A DNA stretch of 48,773 bases from a virus (Duplodnaviria > Caudoviricetes). Of the stretch, positions 16,173 through 25,327 are shown piece by piece. The DNA lies in IMG/VR virus record IMGVR_UViG_3300037422_000199, positions 1 to 48,773 of that record. One strand, written 5' to 3'. The notes beneath the pieces are model-generated. The model ran no database searches. It was not told where the DNA came from and saw only the letters and a program-made list of their open reading frames with translations. The stretch's first letter is position 1; each line of letters starts with the position of its first letter. The translations under genes and the position numbers were made by a program.

Positions 16173-18302
16173 TTACCTGAAGAGGCGTCGCTTCGAGGCG
16201 CGGATGGCGGCGTTGATGGCGGCGCCTGCCGAGCCGATGGTCAGGCCGTGGGCGCCGAGCTGGACCAGGTCGTCGATGCCGCCGGACGAGCCCCGAAGCC
16301 GCAGGATGGCTCCGGCGCTGGCGTCAATCTGAAGCCCGCCGGCGTCCACGGCCATACCCGCACGGCCGACCTGTCCGGGAGACCAGGGCGTGACGACGGT
16401 CGAGGCCTCCAGCTTCAGGGTGTCGAACCAGGCGTACGTGCCGGACGAGCCGGCGGCGTGGCAGACGACCTTCACTTGCGTATTCGAGCCGCTGTACCAG
16501 TACAGGGCCTCCGGCACGGCCGGGAAGTCCTGGGTTGCTGTAACCAGGGTACCGTTGACCAGGACGTTGTCCGAGACGTCCCACAGCGCGAGCCGCGCCT
16601 GGGCGTTGCCCTGTGCCTTGATGCGCCCCGAGAGGACGTAGTTCGTGTTCGGCAGTACCGTGATGGTCTGATACGCGTACTTCGCGCCGTTGGCCGCGAT
16701 GCGCAGCGAGTGGGAGCCGTAGACGTACGACCCCGGGTCGGTCAGGATGACGCCCGACGTAGTGTCCGACCTGACCCACGAGTCCGGCGTGAGGATGGTG
16801 GCCGAGTAGTCGAGGACGAGGGCGTCGAGGGACGGGCTCGTGGCCGGGCTTGCCCCCCAGGCCAACAGCCAGGCCTTGTAGAAGAAGTACTGCTGGAGCG
16901 GCACTGCGCCTACGGTCGCGTAGAAAGTTCCTGGCGTAGAGGTCGTCGAGTTCGAACTGTACTCCATGACCACGGAGCTGTTCGAGCCCGTCGTCGTTGC
17001 CAGGCTGTTCAGGGCGAGGGAGACGGGGGCGGCCGACATGTCGTACCGGTAGAGACCGACCCCCCAGCGGACGCGGACGGTCCACTCGGTCGAGTAGTCG
17101 CCCGTCTCGTCGAGCGCGTCCCACACCTGGACCTTGACCCGGTACTTGTCGCCTTCGACGAAGGTCGCCGGGACTGTCAGCGTGGTAGCCGCGCTGGACA
17201 CCTTGCCGGAGTCGTAGAAGGTCGTGCCGTCCGAGTCCTTCTTGATGAAGACCTGGTAGGCCGATTGCGCCTGTCCCGCATCCGCGTCCGACATGGACCA
17301 CGCGACGACCAGGCGCGGCGAGGCCCACCCGGCGCCGGCCGTGTAGGCGAGCTTACCCAGTCGCCCGCTGGCGGAGGGCTCCGTGACCGTGGTGGTCGGC
17401 AGGCTGTTGACGATGAAGGAGCGTGCGGCAGACCAGGCCCCCTCGCCAAGCTCGCCAGTGCTGGAACTCGTGCGTACGCGCCAGTAGTAGGTCGTGCCCC
17501 GAGTCAGGGCGGTGCCGCCCCAGGCGGAGTAGACGCGACTGACGTTGTTGCCGGAGATGCCGCCGGTCTGCGCAGCGAGGTTCAGGTGCGTGACCGAAGC
17601 GAAGGTCGAGTCCGTCGAGACCTGGATGTCGTAGTCGAGAAGCGGGTCGCTGTCCGCATCCGAATGCGTAAACGAGATGGTCGGGTCCGGGACCACGACG
17701 GCTCCGGCGGCGGGCACCTGGTTGGTGGGTGCGGCCGGGACCGTGTTCGTCGTGTACGTGACCTCGATGTAGGCGTCGTTTGAGCCATACTCGCGGGCGT
17801 AGAACTCAGTCGTCTCGTCCGTGTCGCCTTCGCCCTCCTGGGCGGAGTGGAGTCGCAGGCCGTAGAAGACTCCGGCCGCCCGGGCGGCCTCCATCATCGC
17901 CGTGATGTCCACCGTAATCCACGTGTTCTCGGCGGTGGAGACGTCCTTCAGGACTTCGTTGGTCGCCGTGGTAGACGGCCCGGGGTAGATGACGGAGTTC
18001 GAGCTGGAGAGAGAGGAGTAGGTGCCCTCCGACCAGGACGAGGTGACGCGACGCACGTACACGTCGGGGTCCGACCCGAAGGCGACGTAGTACTGGCTGC
18101 TCGTCTTGATGTGTAGGATGGCGCTCGTGATGCTGACCATCCCGGAGAAGGAGTAGCTGAAGCCCAGGAGCGAGCGGTAGAGGTAGCCTCCGTATGGTCC
18201 GACGGGGAGGTAGTCACTCGCCCCCGCTCCGGCGTCCCACGAGTCGCTGAAACGTCGGGCGATGCGGGCGTCCTTGTTACAGGTGAAGGTCGTCGTCGCC
18301 AT
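16173..18302 (-). CDS. Tail fibre/adhesin: DNRLRE-like, FN3-like and CBM4-like domains
   Basis: DARI...YRSLLGF...ITSAIL; LTRGTTYYWRVR; QTITVLPNTNYVLSG. Confidence 0.8.
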   Translation of the reverse strand: MATTTFTCNKDARIARRFSDSWDAGAGASDYLPVGPYGGYLYRSLLGFSYSFSGMVSITSAILHIKTSSQYYVAFGSDPDVYVRRVTSSWSEGTYSSLSSSNSVIYPGPSTTATNEVLKDVSTAENTWITVDITAMMEAARAAGVFYGLRLHSAQEGEGDTDETTEFYAREYGSNDAYIEVTYTTNTVPAAPTNQVPAAGAVVVPDPTISFTHSDADSDPLLDYDIQVSTDSTFASVTHLNLAAQTGGISGNNVSRVYSAWGGTALTRGTTYYWRVRTSSSTGELGEGAWSAARSFIVNSLPTTTVTEPSASGRLGKLAYTAGAGWASPRLVVAWSMSDADAGQAQSAYQVFIKKDSDGTTFYDSGKVSSAATTLTVPATFVEGDKYRVKVQVWDALDETGDYSTEWTVRVRWGVGLYRYDMSAAPVSLALNSLATTTGSNSSVVMEYSSNSTTSTPGTFYATVGAVPLQQYFFYKAWLLAWGASPATSPSLDALVLDYSATILTPDSWVRSDTTSGVILTDPGSYVYGSHSLRIAANGAKYAYQTITVLPNTNYVLSGRIKAQGNAQARLALWDVSDNVLVNGTLVTATQDFPAVPEALYWYSGSNTQVKVVCHAAGSSGTYAWFDTLKLEASTVVTPWSPGQVGRAGMAVDAGGLQIDASAGAILRLRGSSGGIDDLVQLGAHGLTIGSAGAAINAAIRASKRRLFR

Positions 18303-20002
18303 CAGTAGCTAACCCCCGTCATGGTGAGCGCGCCCGCCCCCTCCGTGATGTTCGTCTCGGAGACGGCCGTGCCGGACCAGTCGGCGGCCACGGTCCATGT
18401 CTTCTGCGCCGCCGCCGCGCCGAAGGCGTACAGCTCGAAGCCCGAGTTGTAGACGAGGTTCTGGCCGCCCGGGATGGCGCCGAAGGCGAGGGCGGTGGCG
18501 TTGAGGCCGGCCGGAGTCATGGCGGCAACCTCGACCCCATCGCTGAAGACGCTGATGCCGGCCTCATAGACGCGCACGTAGTCGGTGGCGTCCGTGCCCG
18601 AGTAGATGTGGAGTCCCGTCTCGTTCCAGAGCCCGACGAGCACGCCCGACGGGTTGTAGACCTTGATGCCGTCGAGCATGTTTGCGTCGGTCGTGGAGAT
18701 GCGCAGGTCCCCCGTCTTGATAACGGAGGCGTCTAGGCCGGACACGTGGACCGTGCTGATGCTGGCAGCCCCAATGTCCGTGCTGCCAGTCAGGGCCGGG
18801 TTCCCGGACACGGGGGCAGACCAACCGGCCTCGGGCGCGGTCAGGTAATCGCTGACCAGGGGGTAGCGTGTAACCGACGAGGGGGCCGTGACGTCCGTCG
18901 TGAAGTCCACGGCCGACCCGCCCAGGGTTGTCGAGACCTTGAACGTCGTCGAGGTCAGGCCGGACGCGATGACGTAGTAGTCCGCGTTGGCCGTCAGCCC
19001 GGCTCCGCCCGTCAGAGTCGTGAAGCGGACGACGTCGTCCGTGTAGAAGGGGTGCGGGACGGGCGTCGTGAAGGTGTCCGTCGCGGCTGAGCCGGTGACG
19101 TCGCCGGACCAGGCGCCGACGTTCCCGCTCGTATCGATGGCGCGTACCTGGCACCAGTACTTCTTGTCGGCGACACCGTCCCCGTTCGAGTCGGCCGTCA
19201 GTCCGCCGACGTAGACCGTGGTCGTCTTCGCGCGGACAGTGACCCACTGCGTGCGGTCTGGCCGCAGGCCGGACCCGTCGTCGGGCGCGTAGCGCAGCTC
19301 GTAGAAGGCCAGGTCCTTGGCCGACGTGGCGTTCCAGTTGACGAACAGGCCCTTGACGACGGGCTGCGTCGAGAGGCCGCCGACCACGGCGGGTGCCTCG
19401 GAGTCTTTGACGCTCGTCGTCGTGACGGCCGTCGTGTAGCCCGAGACGTTGCCGAAGACGTCTGCGCTCCAGGTGCGCACCCAGTACGGCGTGTTGCCGG
19501 CGACACCGTCGATGGTCACGAAGTTCTGGCCGGGAGGGGCCAGGATGACGACGGAGTCGTCATCCCACACCGGGCTGGGCGAGGTCGGGTGGTTGTCGTT
19601 CTTGAAGGTGACTTGGACGTAGGTTGCCCGAAGCTTGTCCTCGGTCGAGGGAGTGAACGTTACCGTCAGGCGGACGATACTCGTGCCGTCCGAGCTGACG
19701 ACGACCTCCGATGCGAGCCCCACGCCAGTTGGCTGGGCCGGCGTAGTGGGCGGGTCCATGACGCCGTCGGCGACGACCGTGTAGGTGGGCCACTTCGAGA
19801 TGATGCCGCTGACGATAGCCGTGGTCCAGTTGACCTCGGTCGGGTAGCCGGCAATCTCCGAGAGCTTGCACGTGTTCCCGGACAGGCTGAAGATGCGGTA
19901 GACGTGGTTCTCTTCGAGGCCGTCGCCGCCGACCAGGTCGGCCAGGTAGACGTCGTCTCCGTTGGCCAGGTCGTGGCCAGACTCCAACGTAAGGACGCTC
20001 AT
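18302..20002 (-). CDS. Tail tip/fibre protein with FN3 repeats and two copies of the ~70-aa module
   Basis: ATGA overlap at 20002; YWVRTWSADVFGNVS, YWCQVRAIDTSGNVG; GQNLVYNSGFE. Confidence 0.8.
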   Translation of the reverse strand: MSVLTLESGHDLANGDDVYLADLVGGDGLEENHVYRIFSLSGNTCKLSEIAGYPTEVNWTTAIVSGIISKWPTYTVVADGVMDPPTTPAQPTGVGLASEVVVSSDGTSIVRLTVTFTPSTEDKLRATYVQVTFKNDNHPTSPSPVWDDDSVVILAPPGQNFVTIDGVAGNTPYWVRTWSADVFGNVSGYTTAVTTTSVKDSEAPAVVGGLSTQPVVKGLFVNWNATSAKDLAFYELRYAPDDGSGLRPDRTQWVTVRAKTTTVYVGGLTADSNGDGVADKKYWCQVRAIDTSGNVGAWSGDVTGSAATDTFTTPVPHPFYTDDVVRFTTLTGGAGLTANADYYVIASGLTSTTFKVSTTLGGSAVDFTTDVTAPSSVTRYPLVSDYLTAPEAGWSAPVSGNPALTGSTDIGAASISTVHVSGLDASVIKTGDLRISTTDANMLDGIKVYNPSGVLVGLWNETGLHIYSGTDATDYVRVYEAGISVFSDGVEVAAMTPAGLNATALAFGAIPGGQNLVYNSGFELYAFGAAAAQKTWTVAADWSGTAVSETNITEGAGALTMTGVSY

Positions 20003-23000
20003 ATCCCACTCACCTGCCAGACATTCCCGTTCGCTCCTCGAACGTACACGATGCCGGTCTCCTGGTCGAGCCAGTACTTGCTCGTGGCGCTGAGCGGGTC
20101 GGGAGCCTTCCAGCCAATCTGCCACTCGGACTGGGTATGGATGTCCCGCTGGACGAGGAGGTCGGTGTCGGGAGCCACCGTGTCCTCACGCGGCCATAGG
20201 GTCAGGACCGTGTTCTGCTGGCCCAGCTCGCCGGCCTCCCACGTCACCGCCATGCAGGTCCAGTAGCCGGACCCGAGGGCCGTCGTGTCAATGGCTCCGT
20301 GCTGGATGTGGACGGGGAAGGCGTCCGTGATGTCGTACCCGTCGAAGGGCATCAGGGTGTCGGAGCGGAGTCCGAGCCCGAGCTGCTTGCCGAGCTTGCC
20401 GGCCCGCGTCGCGAGCTGTTGAACGCGGCGCAGCAGGTCATTCTCATCCGACACGCCGTCCACGATGGTGGCCCGCGCAAAGCGACCCCACACGGTTTCA
20501 CTGATGCCGGGCGCCGTTCGCGTCTTGTACAGGACCCGGATGCCGTCGCGGGTGCGGCCGATGCCCGAGATGCGCGTAGCCCAGTCGTCCCCGAAGAGGA
20601 TGACGCGGTAGCCCTGAACTAGTTCGCCGTACCGGAGCCGGAAGTTCTCCCGCGCGTTGGGCGGGTCTACGTCCGTCACGACGACCTCGTACCCGCCGCC
20701 CGTACTCAGGCGAACCTGAATGCGGGTCTGCTTGCCCGTGCCCTGTCGGTGGCTGTCGAGCAGGCCCGTGACGAACGAGAGCGTCGGCTGGTACGTGCTG
20801 TAGACGGTGACTGTCTCCGTCATCGAGGCGATGGCGCCCTTCGTGATGAAGCCGACCGGGCTGTTCGGTGCCGCAATGGCGCGCGCAAGCTGGTCGTTGA
20901 CGATGTAGTTGATGCTGTTCTTGCCGGGCGTAACGTACTTCGAGCCGCCCTTCTCAGCCGGCTTGTCGGGCAGGGAGGCGTCGTACCGCTCGTCGAGGAC
21001 GCTGTCGAAGAGGCCCAGGTAGTCCACGCCGTAGAATACGACGTCGCGCTCACTGGCGTCGGCATCCCACACGAGGCCGGCGTAGACCTCGCGCCAGCCG
21101 TCGCCCGTGTAGAACTGGATGCTGTAGTGGGTCTGCCTGGGTTCGATGACGGCGAGCTGCGGGTCGTCCACCTGCAGGGTCCAGTGTGCCTCCCCCGGGC
21201 TGTTGAATACCTTGCTGGCCCCGACGGCGGACGCGTGCTCCAGGACGGCCACGGTCTTCCCCGGGCCACGCGTCGTGACGCGGGTCATGGTACCGGCCGT
21301 GATGTTCGTGGTGAAGTCCACGCCGGTGAGCGTGAACGTCGTCGTCGAGGGCACGGTCGCCACATAGTACGTATCCCCCACCAGGAGGCCCTCACCGCCC
21401 GTCAGCGCAGAGAAGCGCACCGGCGAGCCTACAGCCAGGCCGTGGGCGGAGGCTGTAGTGATGACGTCGGTCGAGGCCGTGCCCGTGACGTTGCCGCCGA
21501 CCGGGTTGAAGGCCATCTCCCGGATGACGATGCGCCAGGGCGCCCGAGGCCGGACCTGCTGCCGGGTTGAAGCCCCGGCCACCTGGTCGAAGTCCTGGGT
21601 AACGACGATGCTCCGGTATGTCCAGGCCGAGACGCCGTCGAAGTTATCCCACACGCGCTGCCGGTGATAGTACGTGCCGGCCGTCAGGGAGGCGCCGCCG
21701 TACTTCAGGCTGTAGGTAGTGGCGTCGGCGGGAACCATCGTCTTGCCCGTGTCCCACAGGATGGACTCCGGCTCGTCCCAGTTCGGGCTGCCCGACGGGA
21801 ACGCCGAGAGCTGGACCTGGTACGCGAAGAGCGTGTTGCCCGCGTCCGGGTCGCTGAACGGCGACACGGTGCCGAAGAGGACACCGTCGAGGGTGGTGAA
21901 GGACGACGCCTCTGACGGCAGGGCGACGGGGGGTGTCGGGTTCGTGTTCGTGACCGTGAAGCTCGTAAGCGCCGTCCAGGGTGAGGCGACGGCTTCCTGG
22001 TCCCACACCCGGACCCGCCAGCGCCAGGTCACGTTCCGCGCCAGCGACAGGTCCTCGGGGATGTGTGTGAAGTGCTCTGTGATGGCCTCCGTGTTGGTCG
22101 CCGCCAGCTTCTTGCTGTAGACCAGCTTGCTCCAGGTCAGGGACTCGTGCGCGTCCGTGATGTTGACGGCCGCGCCGCCGGCCGTGGTGCTGACCTTGAA
22201 GGCGTTCGTGGTGAGCCCCGACGCGATGACGAAGTAGCGCGTGAACGTCACCAGGGCGTCACCGCCGGTGAGGCTGGTGAAGTAGACCTGGTCCCCGGCC
22301 ACGAGCCCGTGGGCCGTGCTGGTGATGAGGTCGCTGGTAGCGGACGTGCCGGCGTGGCCCGCGTCGTAGACCTGTACCTCGGAGTAGGCCAGGTAGTCCG
22401 TCGAGCGGACGTCGCTGAAGTCGCCCTGGAACGACCCGACGGAGGCTACCGTCCCGACGGGCGACAGGTTGGTCGGCGTCTCAGGCGTCGTCGGGCCGTA
22501 CTCGTAGACGAGTTCGACGCTGGGCCGGACGGACGGCGTTGTGGCGTGACGGCTCCAGGCCGCCCAGTTCTCGTCCGTGCTGCTCGTGCCGAAGAGGCCG
22601 AGACCGTAGTTCTTGGCCGCCCCTCCGGCCGTGCCATTGCGCCGCTTGACGGACGTCGGCGCCCAGTCCTCAACGATGGCCGTGATGTCGATGCGGTTCA
22701 GGGCGTTAGCCGCTCGCGACACGTAGACGGACTGCTGGTCCGATGTGGTGCCGGCCGCGACTGTGTAGTCGTTCGACTGCCAGTCGCCGTCGGGGGCGTT
22801 CCCCTCCGAGAAGGCGTCAGTCAGGCGCCGGACGACGACCTTCGGATGCTCTTTGGTGGTTAGGTCGAAGTCACCCGTGCCGTCGTCGGTGTAGATGACG
22901 AGCGTGGCGGATACGATGCGACCGACGCCGGTCCAGTTCAAGGCGAACTTGACGAACCCGTCGTAGTCGTAGTTGCCCGAGCGGCCGACATAGAAGTGCT

Positions 23001-23091
23001 TGCTCTGGCCCTGCCCGGCCGTCGCCCCCGTGCTCCGGTGCTTGCGGACCGTCGTGTCGGTGCTCGCCGACCAGATGACCTGCTGGCTCAC
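19999..23091 (-). CDS. Baseplate hub-like protein (DNRLRE-like, FN3, two modules, C-terminal Tal/Gp37-like hub)
   Basis: N-terminal DNRLRE-like; WRWRVRVWD; C-half FNSPGEAHW...VYAGLVW...RLRYG typical of hub proteins. Confidence 0.7.
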   Translation of the reverse strand: MSQQVIWSASTDTTVRKHRSTGATAGQGQSKHFYVGRSGNYDYDGFVKFALNWTGVGRIVSATLVIYTDDGTGDFDLTTKEHPKVVVRRLTDAFSEGNAPDGDWQSNDYTVAAGTTSDQQSVYVSRAANALNRIDITAIVEDWAPTSVKRRNGTAGGAAKNYGLGLFGTSSTDENWAAWSRHATTPSVRPSVELVYEYGPTTPETPTNLSPVGTVASVGSFQGDFSDVRSTDYLAYSEVQVYDAGHAGTSATSDLITSTAHGLVAGDQVYFTSLTGGDALVTFTRYFVIASGLTTNAFKVSTTAGGAAVNITDAHESLTWSKLVYSKKLAATNTEAITEHFTHIPEDLSLARNVTWRWRVRVWDQEAVASPWTALTSFTVTNTNPTPPVALPSEASSFTTLDGVLFGTVSPFSDPDAGNTLFAYQVQLSAFPSGSPNWDEPESILWDTGKTMVPADATTYSLKYGGASLTAGTYYHRQRVWDNFDGVSAWTYRSIVVTQDFDQVAGASTRQQVRPRAPWRIVIREMAFNPVGGNVTGTASTDVITTASAHGLAVGSPVRFSALTGGEGLLVGDTYYVATVPSTTTFTLTGVDFTTNITAGTMTRVTTRGPGKTVAVLEHASAVGASKVFNSPGEAHWTLQVDDPQLAVIEPRQTHYSIQFYTGDGWREVYAGLVWDADASERDVVFYGVDYLGLFDSVLDERYDASLPDKPAEKGGSKYVTPGKNSINYIVNDQLARAIAAPNSPVGFITKGAIASMTETVTVYSTYQPTLSFVTGLLDSHRQGTGKQTRIQVRLSTGGGYEVVVTDVDPPNARENFRLRYGELVQGYRVILFGDDWATRISGIGRTRDGIRVLYKTRTAPGISETVWGRFARATIVDGVSDENDLLRRVQQLATRAGKLGKQLGLGLRSDTLMPFDGYDITDAFPVHIQHGAIDTTALGSGYWTCMAVTWEAGELGQQNTVLTLWPREDTVAPDTDLLVQRDIHTQSEWQIGWKAPDPLSATSKYWLDQETGIVYVRGANGNVWQVSGI

Positions 23092-23094
23092 GGG

Positions 23095-24024
23095 TCACCC
23101 GGGGGCTTCGCGCAGCACCGCGATGGCCCGGGACCTGCGTCGCCAGTCGTCGAGGGCGATGTTGAGGGCGTTCATGAGTCCTGCCGGCGAGACGTCCGTG
23201 TTGCCTGAGCGGGTCTGCCACTGCGTGAACAGCTCGCGCGATGAGTTGAGGCGCCGCAGGGCCTCGACTCGGGCGTATGAGAGGAGGGCCTGCTCCAGCT
23301 CGTGCGACAGGGGCGAGACGTCCGTGTCCGCCACGAGCGGGCGCCAGGGGCTATAGCCCCACACGCGCAGGAGGTAGTCCTCCTCAGACCCGAGGACGTA
23401 CTGCGGGACCCAGCGCGGCAGCTCCAGGACCCCGCCCCACACCTTCCAGCCGACGTCGCTGAAGTTGATGTACTCGCCGTCGGCTGGTGCGAGCATCTTG
23501 ACGGGGGTGCCCGGCGTAGACGTCATGTCCCATAGCTCGACGCGGGTAAGTTCGACCTCGGGCACGGCCGTGTCGAAGCCTGTCCGCTGGAGCGTGCCGG
23601 CCGTGATGGCCGTCGTGAAGTTGACGATTGCCCCGCCCTGGGTAGCGCTCACGGAGAGGGTCGTGGCCCCGAGGTTTGTGGCCGAGACGAAGTAGGGCAG
23701 GCCCACTACCAGGCCGGACCCGCCGGTCAGGGCGGAGAACCGGACGGACGTATCGGCCGCGAAGCCGTGGGCCTCGTCCGTCGTGATGATGTCGGTCGCC
23801 TCGTCGCCCGTGACGTCCAGCTCGGCGCCGGGGGCGCGCAGAACGTAGCTCATGGCGTCGGGGACCAGGTCGATGTCCTCGCGGAACCGCTGCGGGGCGA
23901 CCCGCCCAATCTCGGCCCAGGCGGCCTGGATGATGTCGGCCACCATGGCGGGGGTGAACGTCTTGTTCCCGGGGTCCTGCACAGTCCGGGCGACGGCGTC
24001 CTTCAGCTCAGCGTACGTGCTCAT
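23095..24024 (-). CDS. Head-tail adaptor/connector with inserted module
   Basis: MSTYAELKDAV..TVQD...F....V.D.IQAAW.EI helical adaptor start; module inserted at about 23581-23820. Confidence 0.65.
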   Translation of the reverse strand: MSTYAELKDAVARTVQDPGNKTFTPAMVADIIQAAWAEIGRVAPQRFREDIDLVPDAMSYVLRAPGAELDVTGDEATDIITTDEAHGFAADTSVRFSALTGGSGLVVGLPYFVSATNLGATTLSVSATQGGAIVNFTTAITAGTLQRTGFDTAVPEVELTRVELWDMTSTPGTPVKMLAPADGEYINFSDVGWKVWGGVLELPRWVPQYVLGSEEDYLLRVWGYSPWRPLVADTDVSPLSHELEQALLSYARVEALRRLNSSRELFTQWQTRSGNTDVSPAGLMNALNIALDDWRRRSRAIAVLREAPG

Positions 24025-24039
24025 CGCTTCAAGTGTACC

Positions 24040-25209
24040 TCACGCGTAGGACTCCCAGTACCACATGTGGCTGGAGTCATCGACTAGGCCCAGCCCCGCG
24101 TAGGAGACGGAGTAGCCCGTTGACCCGGCGGGAATGAGTGCCCAGGTGTAGCTGCCCGTGAACGTGATGATGTCCATTCGCGTGACCTCGACGCCAGACT
24201 CCTCAACGGTCACAATCTTGCGGGCGCCGTCCACCCGGATGGTGCGGTTGCCGGTCGAGGCCGGCAGAGTCAGCGAGAAGACGGAGTCGCCGGCCTGGAC
24301 ACTGATGAGGCCGGCACGGTTGCCGACTACCAGGAGCATGTTCAGGGGCGCCAGGTAGGTGCCCCGGTTGACCGTGTTGCCCGTGAAGGTGACCGTCTTT
24401 CGGTAGAACGACCCCGCCGTGACGTCGGTGGTGAAGTTGACCGCCGACCCACCCGCCGTCAGGCTGACCTTGAAGGCGTCGGCGGTCAGGCCGTCCGAGA
24501 TGACGTAGTAGTTCAGGTTTGCGGTCAGGCCGGCGCCGCCCACCAGAACCGTGAACCGAATGACATTGCCGGCCGACAGGCCGTGGGCCGTCTTTGAGAA
24601 CAGGTCGGTTGCGGCGGTCCCCGTGACGGCAACCTCGGTGCTGTCGTCCCCGATGACGTAGTCCTGCGGCACGTCGGCCGTGATACTCGGGTCCTTGCAC
24701 AGGAAGGTCGCCTGCCAGGGGATGGCCAGGCTGTCTTCGTCGTCCCCTCCCTGGGCATCGTCGTCGAAGACGGCCTGGAAGGCGCGCGGCATGGCGAGGA
24801 CCTGTAGGTCGATAGCGCCCGCCGGGTAGTCCGCGACGCGGTTGGTCGGAACGCTGAAGTAGAGGGGGCGATAGCCCTTGTCGGCGGGGCTCTCGCGCTG
24901 CGCCAGGACGGGCGAGAGGGCCGACCGGAGCGACCAGTAGGCGTCGAAGAGGAGGGCGCGCGTCAGACCATACAGTGTGCCCGACATTCGGATGCGGCGG
25001 GCACCGAGGAAGACGCTGCCTGCGTCCATGCCGTCCTGCTCGGACCGCTTCTCCTGGTACTGCACGACGTCTACGTCCGAGAAGTCAACGGACGAGACCT
25101 TGCAGCCCGAGATACCGGACCCGATGTCGTCTCCCGGTACGACGTTGTCGGCGATGGCGGAGTCGTTGAGCAGGAAGCCCCGGTAGAGGATGTCTCGGCT
25201 GGTATCCAT
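24040..25209 (-). CDS. Distal-tail (Dit)-like protein with inserted module
   Basis: QDG......LGARRIRMSGTL; WQATFLCKDP; N.GT..AP; I.VDG motifs. Confidence 0.65.
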   Translation of the reverse strand: MDTSRDILYRGFLLNDSAIADNVVPGDDIGSGISGCKVSSVDFSDVDVVQYQEKRSEQDGMDAGSVFLGARRIRMSGTLYGLTRALLFDAYWSLRSALSPVLAQRESPADKGYRPLYFSVPTNRVADYPAGAIDLQVLAMPRAFQAVFDDDAQGGDDEDSLAIPWQATFLCKDPSITADVPQDYVIGDDSTEVAVTGTAATDLFSKTAHGLSAGNVIRFTVLVGGAGLTANLNYYVISDGLTADAFKVSLTAGGSAVNFTTDVTAGSFYRKTVTFTGNTVNRGTYLAPLNMLLVVGNRAGLISVQAGDSVFSLTLPASTGNRTIRVDGARKIVTVEESGVEVTRMDIITFTGSYTWALIPAGSTGYSVSYAGLGLVDDSSHMWYWESYA

Positions 25210-25321
25210 GGCCCTTCAAGGGTAAGGCCCCCACTCCCCGAGTGGGAAGAGGGGGCCAGGGTTGGGGGGCTGGCGGGTTGCCACCTCCTGGGCTTGGGGG
25301 GCCGGTTCGTCACCAGCCCCC
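25206..25321 (-). other. Structured intergenic region between capsid and Dit-like genes
   Basis: GGGGGCUGGUG/CGCCAGCCCCC stem, CCCACUC-GGG-GAGUGGG hairpin, GGCCUU/AAGGGCC hairpin at the start codon; no U-tract. Confidence 0.5.
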
Positions 25322-25327
25322 GTCAGC

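Noticed and set aside
19999-20030. Programmed frameshift fusing the 1030-aa and tail-tip genes (the module seems to begin at the junction)
   Set aside because: An ordinary ATGA overlap explains it and no slippery heptamer is seen
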